A stretch of DNA of 63,957 bases, filler included, from Folioceros fuciformis (GCA_049999805.1; 12 parts of 12 records of this genome joined end to end with filler, not necessarily neighbours in it); one strand, 5' to 3'. Counted from the whole stretch's first letter, positions 50,434-63,399 are shown. Notes: a model not told the origin generated them from the letters alone. A program made the numbers and translations.

Positions 50434-51518
50434 CTACAAAGGATTTGCAAAGCGATCTACAATAGGTAAGATGGCAGATTGGTTTGCAACTAGATGTTCT
50501 ACCTTCTGATTTCTAATCTCCCATTTGTTAAATGCATAGGTAGAGCAAGAAGGACAGGAATTTGGAGCATCAAAGGTATGTAACTTGTATTTCGTATTTG
50601 CATGCTTGCATGCAACGCCTCTAAGAGCAGGATTTGCAAGCAAAGCATGTTTCAATAAGGTAAGCAACTTAAAGTCCAAATGTCCTATTTGTTCCTTCAA
50701 ATCTCGCAAATCAATACTGACTGCAGCAAATTTGTGACAGATGCTATGAAAACGCTCATCAACATATTGTTGATGGGTTTGTATCTTGGCATTTAATTGT
50801 GACACGCTCATGTGTGGTGCAACATGTATGGTCAGGAAGCCTCTAAGGTTATATTTGCCATCAAATACTCGTTGCACACGCACTTCTGGAAGATTGTTAG
50901 AATTTCTCAAAGGAGGAGCAAAAAACAAATGGCGATGTTGAGGGAAGAGAGTCTCTATCAAGGCATTGAAAGACTCCCTGAGTTCTTGATTAAATACAAG
51001 CTGATCTTGTGTTTGAAGAATCCACTCTAGGGTTTGTTGGTAAAGTGATTATGCAAGTATTAGCCTATCCTCTTGTGCCAATTGTCTCATGTAGACATCC
51101 CTCTATTGAATGCATTGAGTAGGGCATGGCCGCCATTGTTGCTCGTCCACCAAATTGGCCATTCATTTGGCCAATGTTGTATTAATATTTTTCAAGAAAC
51201 ATTTTATAATATTGTTTATGATTCTATAATAAAATATTTGCCAATTCGGGCAGTTGTTCTAGCATGCCTAGTGTTAGAGTGCAAAGGTGCAATCTAACAA
51301 TAGATGCACTATAACAAACTCCTAGAAATGCAAATTTGCAAAGATAAAATCCAAGAAAAATATAAAACCATTTCTTGATGTGTTTTAAAATATTTTCTTT
51401 AAAAGAAAACAACAACCAAACACAACAACGAAATACATTGTATTGCATATCAAAGTGTGCAAAATTTAATGTGCATTCTTATGAATGCAATCTATACCTG
51501 AGCATGGCTCTGATACCA
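50434..51518 (-). mobile_element. PBS (TGGTATCAGAGCC) followed by a 243-codon ORF of unknown family (2 in-frame stops)
   Basis: PBS 51506-51518 after TTTTGTCA. The ATG at 51162 is in frame with the 50434-50961 ORF through one TAG and one TAA. Confidence 0.55.
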
Positions 51519-53408
51519 TGACAAAAATATTAGATTGGTGTAGACCAATTGCTATATAAAACAATTACATTATTAAATCAAGAATATTACAATAAGGGGC
51601 ATACATTATGAAACGCCAATTGTACTTCAGATATCATAAACAGACATGACCTTTCACTATGGGACGTAACCCTAATGAAAGGGTAAGTAAACCAATTATG
51701 TCTTTGTACACACATATCATTAAATGCAACTATTACTGAAACCTAATGAATCAACGCCTATTCTCATCAAACCCATCCATTCACCTAGCAGAGGTTGAAT
51801 TTCCACAAAAATTTGAGGTTGTCCAGACAACCGATTCCGGGAAACGCACAATCCTCTATAGATTGCTGATTGCGGATGCTCTCCGCTGGATAACCTAAGA
51901 AGACCACATCCTATCACAGGGAGGATCACAGAAGCGCACTGTAGCCCCAATCGTCTTCAAATCTGTCTCTGGAGAATAACAAGCCTCCCATTCCAATCCT
52001 TGGGACCTGCAACTAGCTCGTGTGCGCGCTGTTGTGAATTCTACGGTATGCTGGAAACCGAGGTCGTTGCCTGGTGATCCTAGCTCCTTATCGCAATTTC
52101 CTCTCATTGTAAATGGTGCACACAAGCTTGTCTTCTTGTAGGATGGTCATGTATGTCAGCGAAGTGGAGAACGAATAAGCGGCGTCCATCTTTGGCGTTT
52201 GAACTCGACCCTGAATGTCAGGGTTTTTAACCATGCCACCACACACGCAAGTTTTGTAAATCGATTTAGGGTTGGGTGCTTACTAACTATGGTTTGCTTA
52301 ACTTTGGGTTGGTAAACTTAACTATGGTTAACTCTTAGTAATCAGCGTTGTTGCTTGATCCAAACGTTTGGCTGCCATTTATTAAGGTGTTATGTGTAGA
52401 ATCATGCTAAATCCAAGCCCACTTTCTATTGCACATAGGCCCGTTTGAAGAAAGCTTCTAGAATGTATTTTGCATTAGATGGGACTGCTACCAGGATTTG
52501 AAAAACTGCGTACTTCGCAATGCTCCATGGTCGTCTGAAATGAATAGAAGGTGCAAGTCGAAAGACAACCATGTACATGAGTGCATATCCTAGATGAACC
52601 ACTTCTTCAAGCTCACAGCCGAAAGACTGCCGAATGTAGCAGTCTTACATTTGCCGAATTTATATACAAAGGGAGATATTTTCTAGGAGTAGAAGCACGA
52701 AGTCTGCAGTGCTGGCCTCACGAATGTTTCTCATTCCCATTTTTTGTGCACTTTGGAAAACATACTTCCCTGAAGTCAAAATTCCAAAGACGACTAGATT
52801 CTCCAAGTGTGTTGACTGCAAAACATTGAAGTTTGCAATAGAGAATACAACTAATCATCTTCAACAAGGTACTTATCTTTAATGATTCTCAGCTGCACTT
52901 TCTGGACAGCCCCGTGAGCTATTTTGATCCTCAATGGCAGAAGGCGCGCACTTGGGCGTGCCACACATCCTACACCCGCTTCCCAGCAGGCATCCTTCTT
53001 CACAGGAGGTTGCAAGTGTGGACCGTGGGGGCTGCGGTCTAGGGCACGCCCAATTGCGAGCCTTCCACTACTGCCACNNNNNNNNNNNNNNNNNNNNNNN
53101 NNNNNNNNNNNNNNNNNNNNNTTAATTAATTAANNNNNNNNNNNNNNNNNNNNNNNNNNNNNNNNNNNNNNNNNNNNGGGTATAAATACCCAAGTATTAT
53201 TTCCATACTAAGCCGATCCACTCGTGTCTTCACAAAAAAAAACACTACCTATTCATTCTGCTCTTCAAAATGGGAGTTCCAAAAGTTTTTTTCCTCTACA
53301 GCTGTCAAACTGTCTGAAAAAACACTGGAGGAGCCTTCTCCCTCCGACGAGTCATCCTCTGAAGTAGAGGAGTACTTCCTTTTCCCCCTCAAATTCTTCT
53401 TCTTCCCA

Positions 53409-55180
53409 TCACGACTCCGTTTCTCCTCCTTGCGCGACTTGTTTTTTCACCTCGGCGTTGGACTCCTCATAGTTTAGCGCTGCTTGTATCGCCCTCTCCA
53501 AGTCCTTCTCTGCTTGTAGGCGAACGTGCCTTCCCATCACTGACCCCAGTCCTCTTGCAAACCATTGGATGGCCATCAGCTCCGAATGAGGTCCCGCTTG
53601 GTCTCGCAGATTGTGGAATCTCTCCACATACCCTTGTAGCGTCTCCTTTTGCCTCCATCTTAGCCGTTCCAGTTTGGACAGAACATAACCTTCCACGTCC
53701 ACTCCTCAAAATCTTTCACAAAAAGCTCTCTTGAGCGCGTCGAAGGTGACTGGTGGTGTGGCTGTCTTGAGGTATTCTCATTTGTACCATTTGGCAGCGA
53801 CTCCTCAAAGAACTCCATAGAACAACTGCACACGCTGCGCGTCGTCCGCCTCCTAGTTCAAAATTGTTAGCTACTCAAAACGCTCCACGAAATCGTCAGG
53901 ATCCTCATACCCCTTCTTCTCTCCATACAGCGGGTAAGACTGTTTAGTGGTCACGGCAATTGAGGTAGTACTCATGGCTACCGCCGTGGTGCTAACAACT
54001 ACTGGGGTAGTTGCTACAGCTACCGAACCAGCATCGGCCTCTCTCTATACCCACGAAATTTGTCTGAGCGGGAACTGAATCGGGTTGGCTGAGTTGAGTC
54101 GCAACCACAGCTACAGGTCGTAGGTGAGAGTACCCAACCCCAAATACCTCTTCTTCCTCAATCGGTTCAAGTGACGGTTGCCTTTCCACGACGGCTGGAC
54201 TCCTCGGCTCCCTTCTCCGCACAGCAGACACACGCTCCCGCTGCGTCCTCCGAGAAACTCTCTGTAGTCTCTCCGCTGCCTGGCGTTGTCGCATCTCTGA
54301 CAGTGGCTCTCCCAAGTCTGACTTCGAATCGCTGATCCTTTCACGAGGCATCCATCAACCCACGACTACCTAGACTCCCTGCCCAGTCTATTCTAAACTC
54401 TCCTACTCAACTGTTAGTCACTCCTATGTTTCTAACATCTATTCATTCCCCGGCAACGGCGCCAAAATGTGGGGGAAAATATTGCACCTGGGGGTGCTGC
54501 GAGGTCCACACAAACCCTCTTTGTCGTTATAGCATTGGGATTCGATCCCAAGGGAATGATTTGTGTCAAATAACATAGGTTTTCTCACAAAGTCAATTAC
54601 CACCCAAGGTCAGTCTCTACTTACATGCCACTCTTCTACCTACCGTCGACTACCTCTACTCCCGTCACGACTCGGCTACCTCCGTCGCGACTCGGCTACC
54701 TCAACCCAGGGCTACATGTCAGACCTACTCGGCTACCGGGGAGGGGTCTCTTCAACTACCGTCTGTCGGCTACCCCGATGGTCCTTCGACTACCTCTGTT
54801 GTCTCTCTAAGACGGTTGCGGTTTCGGCTACCTCAGTGGGGCCCACTCTCTCTCTCTTCCTCTTCTCTCTTCTCTCTCTCTACCCTGGTCACTTACCGCT
54901 TATTCTCAAGTTTTCACTCGAGGTCTCGGGGTTTCCCCACTACTACCGAGTCTCACCACTGGATAGCCACACACACACGTGCACATCACCTTTGATGCAC
55001 TTCCCAGCTGGTTACATTTAAGACCACACTACCCCACACCGCACTCTCCCTAGCTCGCGGTCAGGCACTGCCACTCCCCAGCCTCACATCAGCTCTTTAC
55101 CTCTAGACGATCCTTCACTGGAACCTCCCCACGACCCTAATCCACCACTCTTGACCCACCAAAACTGCTACGCTCTCAGC
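53409..55180 (-). mobile_element. Ty3/gypsy (Athila/Tat-like) 5' LTR end, PBS and degenerate gag
   Basis: PBS TGGCGCCGTTGCCGGGGA (54447-54464); LTR boundary at ~54468; Retrotrans_gag-like EDPDDFVERFE..AAKWY..ETLQGYVERF..QWFARGL. Confidence 0.88.
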
Positions 55181-55280
55181 NNNNNNNNNNNNNNNNNNNN
55201 NNNNNNNNNNNNNNNNNNNNNNNNTTAATTAATTAANNNNNNNNNNNNNNNNNNNNNNNNNNNNNNNNNNNNNNNNNNNN

Positions 55281-55890
55281 AAGCAACTAATATAGTTTGG
55301 GCCTTCCTATCCAGTTTATGCCAAGCAACGTCTTCTGTCGTTGTCCAAGGGATAACATTTCCTTGCGTATCCTTCTTGCCTGAATCCTCTCCTGTAATTC
55401 TTTCCGGAATAGTGCCATCTACAATATTCATGAGACCTTTATCTTCAAGGGTACAACGTACCCTAAAACTCCATGCATCGTAGTTGTGAGGCGAAAGCCT
55501 GTCCTTGTCCTGCAGGCGATCTGAAGTCTGATCCACTACTGCAGCCATGAACGATGCTGGAGTTGTAATGCCCACGCTAGGGTTGAGGGGATTTGAGCAG
55601 TCCCAACTGCTCCTTCAGGTTAGCAATCTCATCAGCCTGCATATTGCTCTTCGTTGCTTGCTGTGAGATGGCCAACATGTCTTCCTCACACCATGTAGAA
55701 ATGTGTTGTTGTGTCAACAGGTTGTCCACATTATGCTTTGTGAACCAGACTTGAACCTTCAATTCTTGAAGCTTGTCACACAACTCGTCAAGTCTGCTTG
55801 AAGATGGCTGAGGGGAGCAGAGGGAGGAATTGCTAATGTTGTATTTAAAAGGGGTCTCTCTCCTGCGAGATCGGGTTGGAGAACCTGACT

Positions 55891-55922
<32 letters not shown>

Positions 55923-56437
55923 GTTTGAAGGAACGAGGACAAGAATCTTCTTCTCTCCTCCTCCTGAATTCGAGAGACTGGATTCAAGAAGTACAACCTC
56001 TCAAAGTCTGAAGCAAACCTATTAGTGTCAGAGGGACAGAAATCCCTCCTAGGCGTGATCGGCCGATCCAACTCCTGACCTTGATGCCTACACAAATTTC
56101 TACGAGGCATCTCGCTTAATGCTAATTACAAAATGCATTTCTTGAACAAACAAGAAAACCAAGAACTCATTTTAAAGATGAGTCTTAATGCAGATTATTA
56201 TAGCAATATGTGCATAGCTCCAGGATCGATGGTGCTCTGATACCATGTAGAGTTTTACACAACGCTGGCCATGCACAATAGAGTCTACATAACTTGAATA
56301 CTAATTATGTGTGTGTGTGTCAAAGGACATAAAACATCTAGAAACGGTTACAGCTAATAACTATATATAACCCTAACACTAACCCAAACATGTAATGTAT
56401 AATGTAAAGTATATATGAAGGAAGCATATATTTAACA
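55281..56437 (-). mobile_element. Ty1/copia 5' end: 192-bp LTR (56246-56437), PBS, upstream coiled-coil ORF, gag start
   Basis: TGTTAAA...CTCTACA then TGGTATCAGAGC (56234-56245); gag KDRLSPHNYDAWSFRVRCTLEDKGLMNIVDGT. Confidence 0.88.
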
Positions 56438-57575
56438 CTATCCTACATGCGAGATCAAAGCATATTGAAATACAATTTCACTACATTCGGCAAGCAGTTG
56501 AGCTCAAAGTCATCTAGCTATCTTATGTACCAATTGCCAATAACGTTGCAGACCTGCTTACAAAGGGGCTGTCAAGACCATTACACGAGCATCACAGGCT
56601 CTCATTAGGTTTAAAAGAGGACAATACACTCTCACAGTCTACAGCTATAGAAGCATCACAAGGTAAAGCAGGAAGTTCAGCTACTTAGCAGAGTTGATGA
56701 CAGGATGCATCCACAGCCCACGTGCTTCTGATATAAGCTTTCAACAGCGTTGGGGCAGCCTGCCAGTGTGCATCTTTTGTGCATCCAACACTCAGCTATT
56801 TTTCCTGCACCACCAAGCACTAGTCAGAACCTAATTTTCACAGCATCAACAGCTACACCTAGATGAAGCGACAACCGGAGATCAAATCAGGTGGCAGCTA
56901 CCGTAAGATACATGCACACACGCACCTTCATCAGGAAGTGGATTCAAGCACGCAGCCTTGAAGGTGATGAGCAGCTCTGCATCTGTTATGGGTGAAGCCT
57001 TGTGGCTACCAGGCAGCTATTTCCTCTCTCCCTCTTGCAGCGCGCTAGTTTCTCCTCTCAAGTTGGCGTACTCCTGTTTTATTCTTCAACCCTACACCAG
57101 TGTGTAGCGCGTCATGTTTCGGCGGGTAGAGGATCCAGGCAGCTATGAGAGCGGCGACGACCAGCTTCAGCAGATGGACAAGGATTCCCAGGGCAGCACT
57201 AACAACCATCTCAGCGTGGGTGAAGGTGCAGCTAGGAGGCTGAAGCAAGACTGTTTCGGCATAGGCCTAAATGCTGGAACGGGCTATTTTGACTTTTTCC
57301 ATTTCCGTTCTTCAGGCTAAACCCTAGGAGTTATTTTCGTAAGGGTTTCCTACCTAGGTTTACCTTGCTCTAGCGTTTCTTACAGCTGGTTAGTTTTATT
57401 TACTATTTACCCATTAGGTCTGAGAGGGGGTAATGAGTTATATGATTAATATAAAATATTACAGCACTAAGGCTAAATGAGGTTTGAAGCGTTATTGCTT
57501 TAAGCAATATTAGGGTTTGTGATATGAACTGTTATTGACATAATTATGTAACACGTTTCTTGATCTTTAACGAAC
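56438..57575 (+). mobile_element. 3' end of another copia (RNase H C-terminus, 3' region, PPT, probable 3' LTR) interrupted by the previous element
   Basis: HARSKHIEIQFHYIRQAV..NVADLLTKGL; PPT GAGAGGGGG at 57422-57430 followed by taaTG. Confidence 0.8.
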
Positions 57576-58979
57576 ACATTCTTCAAGTCACTTGTGTGTG
57601 AGTTCCTGTTCTAGTCGCTCTTGCAATTCTTTAAGCTGGAGGGATGGAGGATCCTCCGGTACCCCTGGAGAGCAAGGGGCAGGCAGCCCGAGGTAGCCCA
57701 AGGGAGGAAGGGGTAAGCACCTCCTTTATGACAGAGGGTTGGGTTGTGCTTCAGTATGAGGAGGAGGCCACTTATGTGCCGGGCCTTTATGTGGAAGGAG
57801 CCCGAGTGCTGAAGTGTGGGCACAGGAGGGACGCGGGGCTACGGCCTGCAACTGAGGATCCACAGGGGACTCTATTACTACCGCTGGCGGGTGTGGGGAC
57901 TGCCTCACTGCTATTCTGAGGCATTCCTTGAGGAATTGACGGAAAAGGAAGCGCAGCAATGGGTTGAGCGAGAACCCATTCACATCCTCAGTAATCGGCG
58001 ACGGAGGGAGGAGAGGGGTTCCCTGCGACAGGACCCACTTGCGCTGCCGCCAGCGAGGTCCAGCAGCAGCAGCAGGGAGGTGGAGGTCCTCTGGGAGGAC
58101 CTGCCCGACCAACGGTGGGGTAGAAGAGCTAGAGGCGGGCCAGTGAGGGGAGGAGCGCGATGGCCAGGAGGAAGGCGCCAGCGGCAAGGAGAGAGGCGAT
58201 AGTAAATGCGATCTAGGCTAGTTTTTTTTTTAGATTGCTTTTGCTTAGACCTAAGCCGCTCAGAAATTAAGAGCGCTGACTGACCCCTGACAGACTTTAT
58301 GGTGGAAGGGACCGCCACTATCGTGTACAAGAGGCCGATTTGGGGCCTCAAGAAAGCAGCAAAAATCAGCCCAACATTCCAACCTTGCGGAAGCCTAGCG
58401 ATGGCCGTTGCTAGACAGGGAGGTCCAGGCAAGCAAGCGCACGTAGTGTTCTGAGGGTGTGGTGTGCAGGTGGTGGCTGCTCCGTGACTGGAGTTTCGGG
58501 GACGAATCGGGAGGAGAAGCCTTACCGAGTGGGAGTCGCACTCCCCAGCTATCCCCGTGACGATCGCATAGAATGGTGAGAGTATTGGAGGCCAAATCCG
58601 CAAGTCTAGAGTGGAAGAGGGTAACCCTTCCCTTAGCCTCTGGTGATTCCACCATTTTTCCCAATTATAGAGAGAGGAGAAGGCCCTGGACGGGCAAGTT
58701 GGAGAAAGAAGCTGAGTGATGCGAGTAGGTTGAGAAACGTGAATGTGTGATTGATGGTCTGAAAGTTGAGAATGTGAGAAGAGTGTTGCAACGAGGAAGT
58801 GGCGGAGTGTGAAGTGTCGGTGTGCTGCGAATGTGAGGTTGGAGAGTCGGTGTGTGAGTATGGTTGTGAAGTGCGAAGANNNNNNNNNNNNNNNNNNNNN
58901 NNNNNNNNNNNNNNNNNNNNNNNTTAATTAATTAANNNNNNNNNNNNNNNNNNNNNNNNNNNNNNNNNNNNNNNNNNNN

Positions 58980-60120
58980 GAGCAAGTCTGCAGTGCCACA
59001 ACATGACTGCTTCTTTCTTCTTGGTTCAAGACTGACGTTGACATGTGCGTGTGTAGGTTTGAGACCAAGCTTGGAGGAAATGTTCAGTTGATATAGGTCG
59101 TGAAAGGGAGCACCTGTTGCTAAACCTTATTCTTATACTGGGAATCTGTGACAATGCATTGTAGGCCTTTAAAAGAGACATCTAGACAATTTTGTGTTGT
59201 TAACTTGCATATAGACACAAGGTTTTTGACCATGGAGGGTACATGGAGGACATCCATAAGAACAAGTGTTGTTCTATCTAGAAGTAAGACAGGGACAGAC
59301 CCTATGCCTTCGATATGTCTGGCATGGGTTCACTTTTTGTACAATGAGTTATCACCACTGCTGTTATTTGGCCAAGGCTGATGGGGTGGTTGCTTCCTCG
59401 AGCCTCTGTTTGTGTAGAGCACCCGATTTGAAGTCTCTCCTCGGAGGGAGTTGCCACCTCTGCTTGCCTTCGTGTGGACTCTTCCTCGAGAAGAGCTCCA
59501 ATCACGTGAGACAAAGTGACTGCAGGGGCTTGGCCTGCTGGAGTTGCTTGGGCAAGATTTCGTAGCGATGAGCTTTGATTGCTCACGAAAGTCCTGTAAC
59601 TTTCAAGTAAAGAGAGCAGCAATGCAATGGCAGCCTGCATCTCAGTGGTCTTAATGCCACTCGAAGATAGTCTGGATCCGAGCATTCTGAACTTGATGAC
59701 ATGCTGTTTGACTAATTCGTGTTCCCTCATTTTCAAGTTGTAGAAGTCCCTTGTGGCACTTACCATCGAAGTTCCATTAGTTACTTGGTATACTTGAGTA
59801 AGGGAGTCCCAAACAGCTTTGGTGGAGTCCACATCTCATGTATAATACATCATGGTTCCATCCAGTGCTGACTGGATGACACATAAAGCTCTCAGATCTA
59901 GTTTGGTCCATGCATCAATATCTACCTGTGCAAATCCCGTTGTGGGTTTGGGTACAATTCCTGTCACTACACCCCAAAGATCATGTTCCTTAAGGATGGT
60001 TTGTACCCGTAATGCCCAAATGTCAAACTGTGTTCCGTTAAATCTGTCTTTTTCTTTAAAATCTACTTTCAAATTATGTACAGTAGTGTTGTTAGTCACG
60101 GTGTTGGGCTGTTGAGCCAT
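58980..60120 (-). mobile_element. Ty1/copia gag fragment
   Basis: KEKDRFNGTQFDIWALRVQTILKEHDLWGVVTG; WDSL..FYNLKM..LLLSLLESYRTFV. In-frame TGA at 59836. Confidence 0.92.
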
Positions 60121-60356
60121 TGTGAACCTCCAAAGTTTGGGGTAGTGGTTTGTTTTGGTTGAAAAAGGGTCAATAGCGTTATGGTTTGGTTTTCTTTTTC
60201 TACTTATTTTTCCTAATTTTCCTTGATTTTCTGGTCATTTTTCCTATTTTTCTTTGTGCTAATTAGGTTAATTGACCAGGAAATAGTTGGTTTGGTTATA
60301 AGAGTGGGTATAGGTTTGGTTCCAGACCTGGGAAAGTTTAGGTCCGGTACCGGGCC

Positions 60357-60696
60357 ATAGGGTTATTAAAGCCCAATGTGCTTAGGCTAATGTAATTAGT
60401 TTAATTAGGCTAATGTAATTAGTCTAAGATTAGTGTCTAATTAAGTATCATTAGTTTAGATTAGCTTAAGCTAATTTTTAGGAAGCTTCCTGTGATCTTC
60501 TTGTGAAGCTTCCTTGGGAGCTTTTCTAGAGGGTATAAATACCCTCTTGAGCTCCCTTTTCAAGAGATGAGAGAGATAAGAGAGATGGGAGAGAGCTGTG
60601 AGAGACATTGTGACCTCTCTTTCTCCCCTTCTCCTCTCTTCCTCTCCTCTCCTCTCCTCTTCTCCTTCATCACGTGGCTCCCTTTCTGATCCTTCA
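60357..60696. mobile_element. LTR of the same family as the solo LTR at 37583-37933
   Basis: Shares tagggttattaaagcccaatgtgcttaggctaatgt...ctagagggtataaatacc...gatcct(t)ca. Confidence 0.88.
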
Positions 60697-60978
60697 AGGA
60701 TCACAAGGTGTAATGACCAGGGTGAAGGGGTTTGCCCCTAGCTCTTGATTGTAAAGGATGTGTCTTTCTCTCGACCTGTCCACTCTTGTCCCCTGTTTGG
60801 ACAAGTGCTGTAGGCCGGCCATGTTTCATGGCGTCTGGTAAGGTTGTGGGGAGGAGATATCCGAGGGGGTGTGGGGGGNNNNNNNNNNNNNNNNNNNNNN
60901 NNNNNNNNNNNNNNNNNNNNNNTTAATTAATTAANNNNNNNNNNNNNNNNNNNNNNNNNNNNNNNNNNNNNNNNNNNN

Positions 60979-62638
60979 GCTGCTGATCCCACTCCTTCCC
61001 ACCTCCTCTCTATCTTTCCCACTTCCCATACTCCTCCCCTGGAGGCTGGCTCAGCTACCAGGGGTGAATAGTTGCAGGGGAAGACTTAGCGGGCGGCCAT
61101 CCAGCAAGGAAGAGGCGGCGTCCGCAGATCTTTGAAGATCAGACATCCTCTGAAGTCTCAGGATAGTCTAAGAGGTGGTAGATCCTTGTGGTCGTAGGGC
61201 CAGGAGCTCATTGGTGGTAGGTTGTGCTAGAAGTCTAAATAAGTGGCTGGTGACAGCCGGCTAGGCTATTAAAATAATATTTCTCAAGTTAGAGAGAGGT
61301 GAAGTCAGAGAGAGAGAGAGGCTCCTATAAGATCAGGTGAGCCTGTAGGAGGACGGAGTCATTGACTTTGGGAGTCAGTCTATCCCTTCGTGAGCTCTTG
61401 GAGGTCCTCTCTTCACAAGCTCTTATGGTCTGTCCCTGCTTGGTTCAGGACATGCAGTGTGTTGCCGGTTGTGCAACGTCTGGTAGGATCGCAAGCCGCG
61501 TGTTGCCGGCTGAACAGTGTCTGGTAGGATCGCAGGCAGCGTGTTGCCGGCTGTACAGTGTCAAGTAGGATCGCGGGCAGCGTGTTGCCGGTTGTATAGT
61601 GTCTGGTAGGATCACAAGGTGTAATGACCGGGGTGTAGGGGCTTGCCCCTAGCTCTTGATTGTAAAGGATGTGTCTTTCTCTCGACCTGTCCACTCTTGT
61701 TCCTTGCTTGGACAAGTGCTGTAGGCCGGCCATGTCTCATGGCATCTGGTAAGGTCGTGGGGGGAAGATATCCAAGAGGGGAGTGTGTCCCTTCTTTCTT
61801 TTCTTTGGGGTTAGTCTAGTGACTCTTGCCGGGTAGGAGGAGTCAGTAGGGAAGTGTAGAAGGTAGTGGTGTCATTGTTAGTTGCTGGTGTTGGTGCTGG
61901 AGTGAGAGAGTGAGTGAAGTGAGTGAGGGAAGTCGTAGATCTAAGAGGTTAGGGTCGTTGTAGTGACTGGAGTGAGTTTGTGGGCACCGAGAGAGATGCA
62001 GCTGACCGCTGGACAGCGAGGCCTGTCCTACGCCTGATCGAAGCTGGAGGGGAGCCCTCGAATCCATCATCGAGTCGATCAAGTCCGACCCTCCATCCAC
62101 AACAGCAAGGAACCCCATCGCTCCTTCGTGGGAACGAAACCCAATGTCTCAACGACAGTGGGATAAGTGTGGCCACTAAAGGTGGGACCCGTTGGCAATC
62201 AGAGCGCGGAGTTTTGCCTCCACAGGAATGAAGTGTTGAAGCTGGAGTGAGGAGCTAGCTGAAGTTGAGGTTCTCGTTCAGCTGCGAAGATAGCTAGCAC
62301 TAGGTGCTGAGAGTTGGAGGCCAGACTTGGGGCTGGAGCCTCCTCTCAGCACTGAAGAGATTGATACTTGGACTTGGAAACGAGGGCTGAAGACAATGCT
62401 GGAGTTCTCATTTTGTTGAGGCTGGGGTTGGTGTTGTGGTAGGAGCCGAAGACAGGACCGAGAATTCTGACCTATTGCTGTAGCACTTGGTATATGCTGA
62501 TAGATAGGTGAGATTAGGGAGATGTAGGTAACCTTGACATTAGTTCACTCCCTTGGGAGCGAATCATAAGACTGCAACGATAATAAGGGGAAGTGTGGCC
62601 CCTTGGTGGTTCTTGGATGTGCAAGAAATCACTCCACA
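60979..62638 (+). mobile_element. Probable long Athila/Tat-type LTR
   Basis: 62545-62600 (cactcccttgggagcgaatc...caacga...gtgtgg) matches the reverse complement of the LTR end at 54505-54560, and it ends ACTCCACA. 61608-61790 is repeated at 60697-60878. Internal ~39-bp repeats at 61455-61610. Confidence 0.6.
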
Positions 62639-62959
62639 CTCTTCAAAAATCTCCATGCCAATCATAAATTTCGAATCCCAGAAGAAACCATAACACAAGG
62701 AAAATAAAAAACAAGGACGAAAGATCCGCAAAACCCAATTCCACTCGAACTGGAGGGCCGCAAGCTGGAGTGAGACAAACCCTCTTTGGATTTGCCAAAC
62801 CTAGCCCCGTCCAACCTATGCCCCACTGCCACGACCGAACCGGCNNNNNNNNNNNNNNNNNNNNNNNNNNNNNNNNNNNNNNNNNNNNTTAATTAATTAA
62901 NNNNNNNNNNNNNNNNNNNNNNNNNNNNNNNNNNNNNNNNNNNNACTCGTAATGACCTT

Positions 62960-63345
62960 CATCAAGCCACTGCGCTCACCAACCAAGCAACTCTCTCCTT
63001 TCACACACCTATACTTGTAAAAATCCTCACCAAGCCACTGCGTTCACCAACCAAGCAACCATCGGCGCTTTTCATACACCTACACTTGTGAACACCCTCA
63101 CCAAGCCACTGCTTTCACCAAGCAAGCAACCATCGGCGCCTTTCATACACCTACACTTGTGAAGACCCTCACCAAGCCACAGCGTTCACCGACCAAGCAA
63201 CCACCGGCGCCTTTCATACACCTATACTTGTGAAGACCCTCACCAAGCCACTGCTTTCACCAACCAAGCAACCATCGGGCCCTTTCATACAGCTACACTT
63301 GTAAAGTCCTTCACCACGGAACTTTATTCACCAACCAAGGAACCC
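62960..63345 (+). repeat. About 71-bp tandem repeat, about 5 copies
   Basis: caagccac at 62963, 63031, 63102, 63173, 63244. Confidence 0.93.
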
Positions 63346-63399
63346 TCGCCATTGAGAGACCTACGGTTCTAAGGACCTTCACCGCCGGAAAACCTATAT

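Noticed and set aside
17657..62944. Regularly recurring palindrome TTAATTAATTAA (CRISPR-like or regulatory repeat?)
   Set aside because: Always embedded in exactly 44+44 Ns; an artificial six-frame-stop linker. Gene context across linkers is not biological.
62960..63345. CRISPR array
   Set aside because: Whole units repeat with no unique spacers; eukaryotic context; no cas genes.
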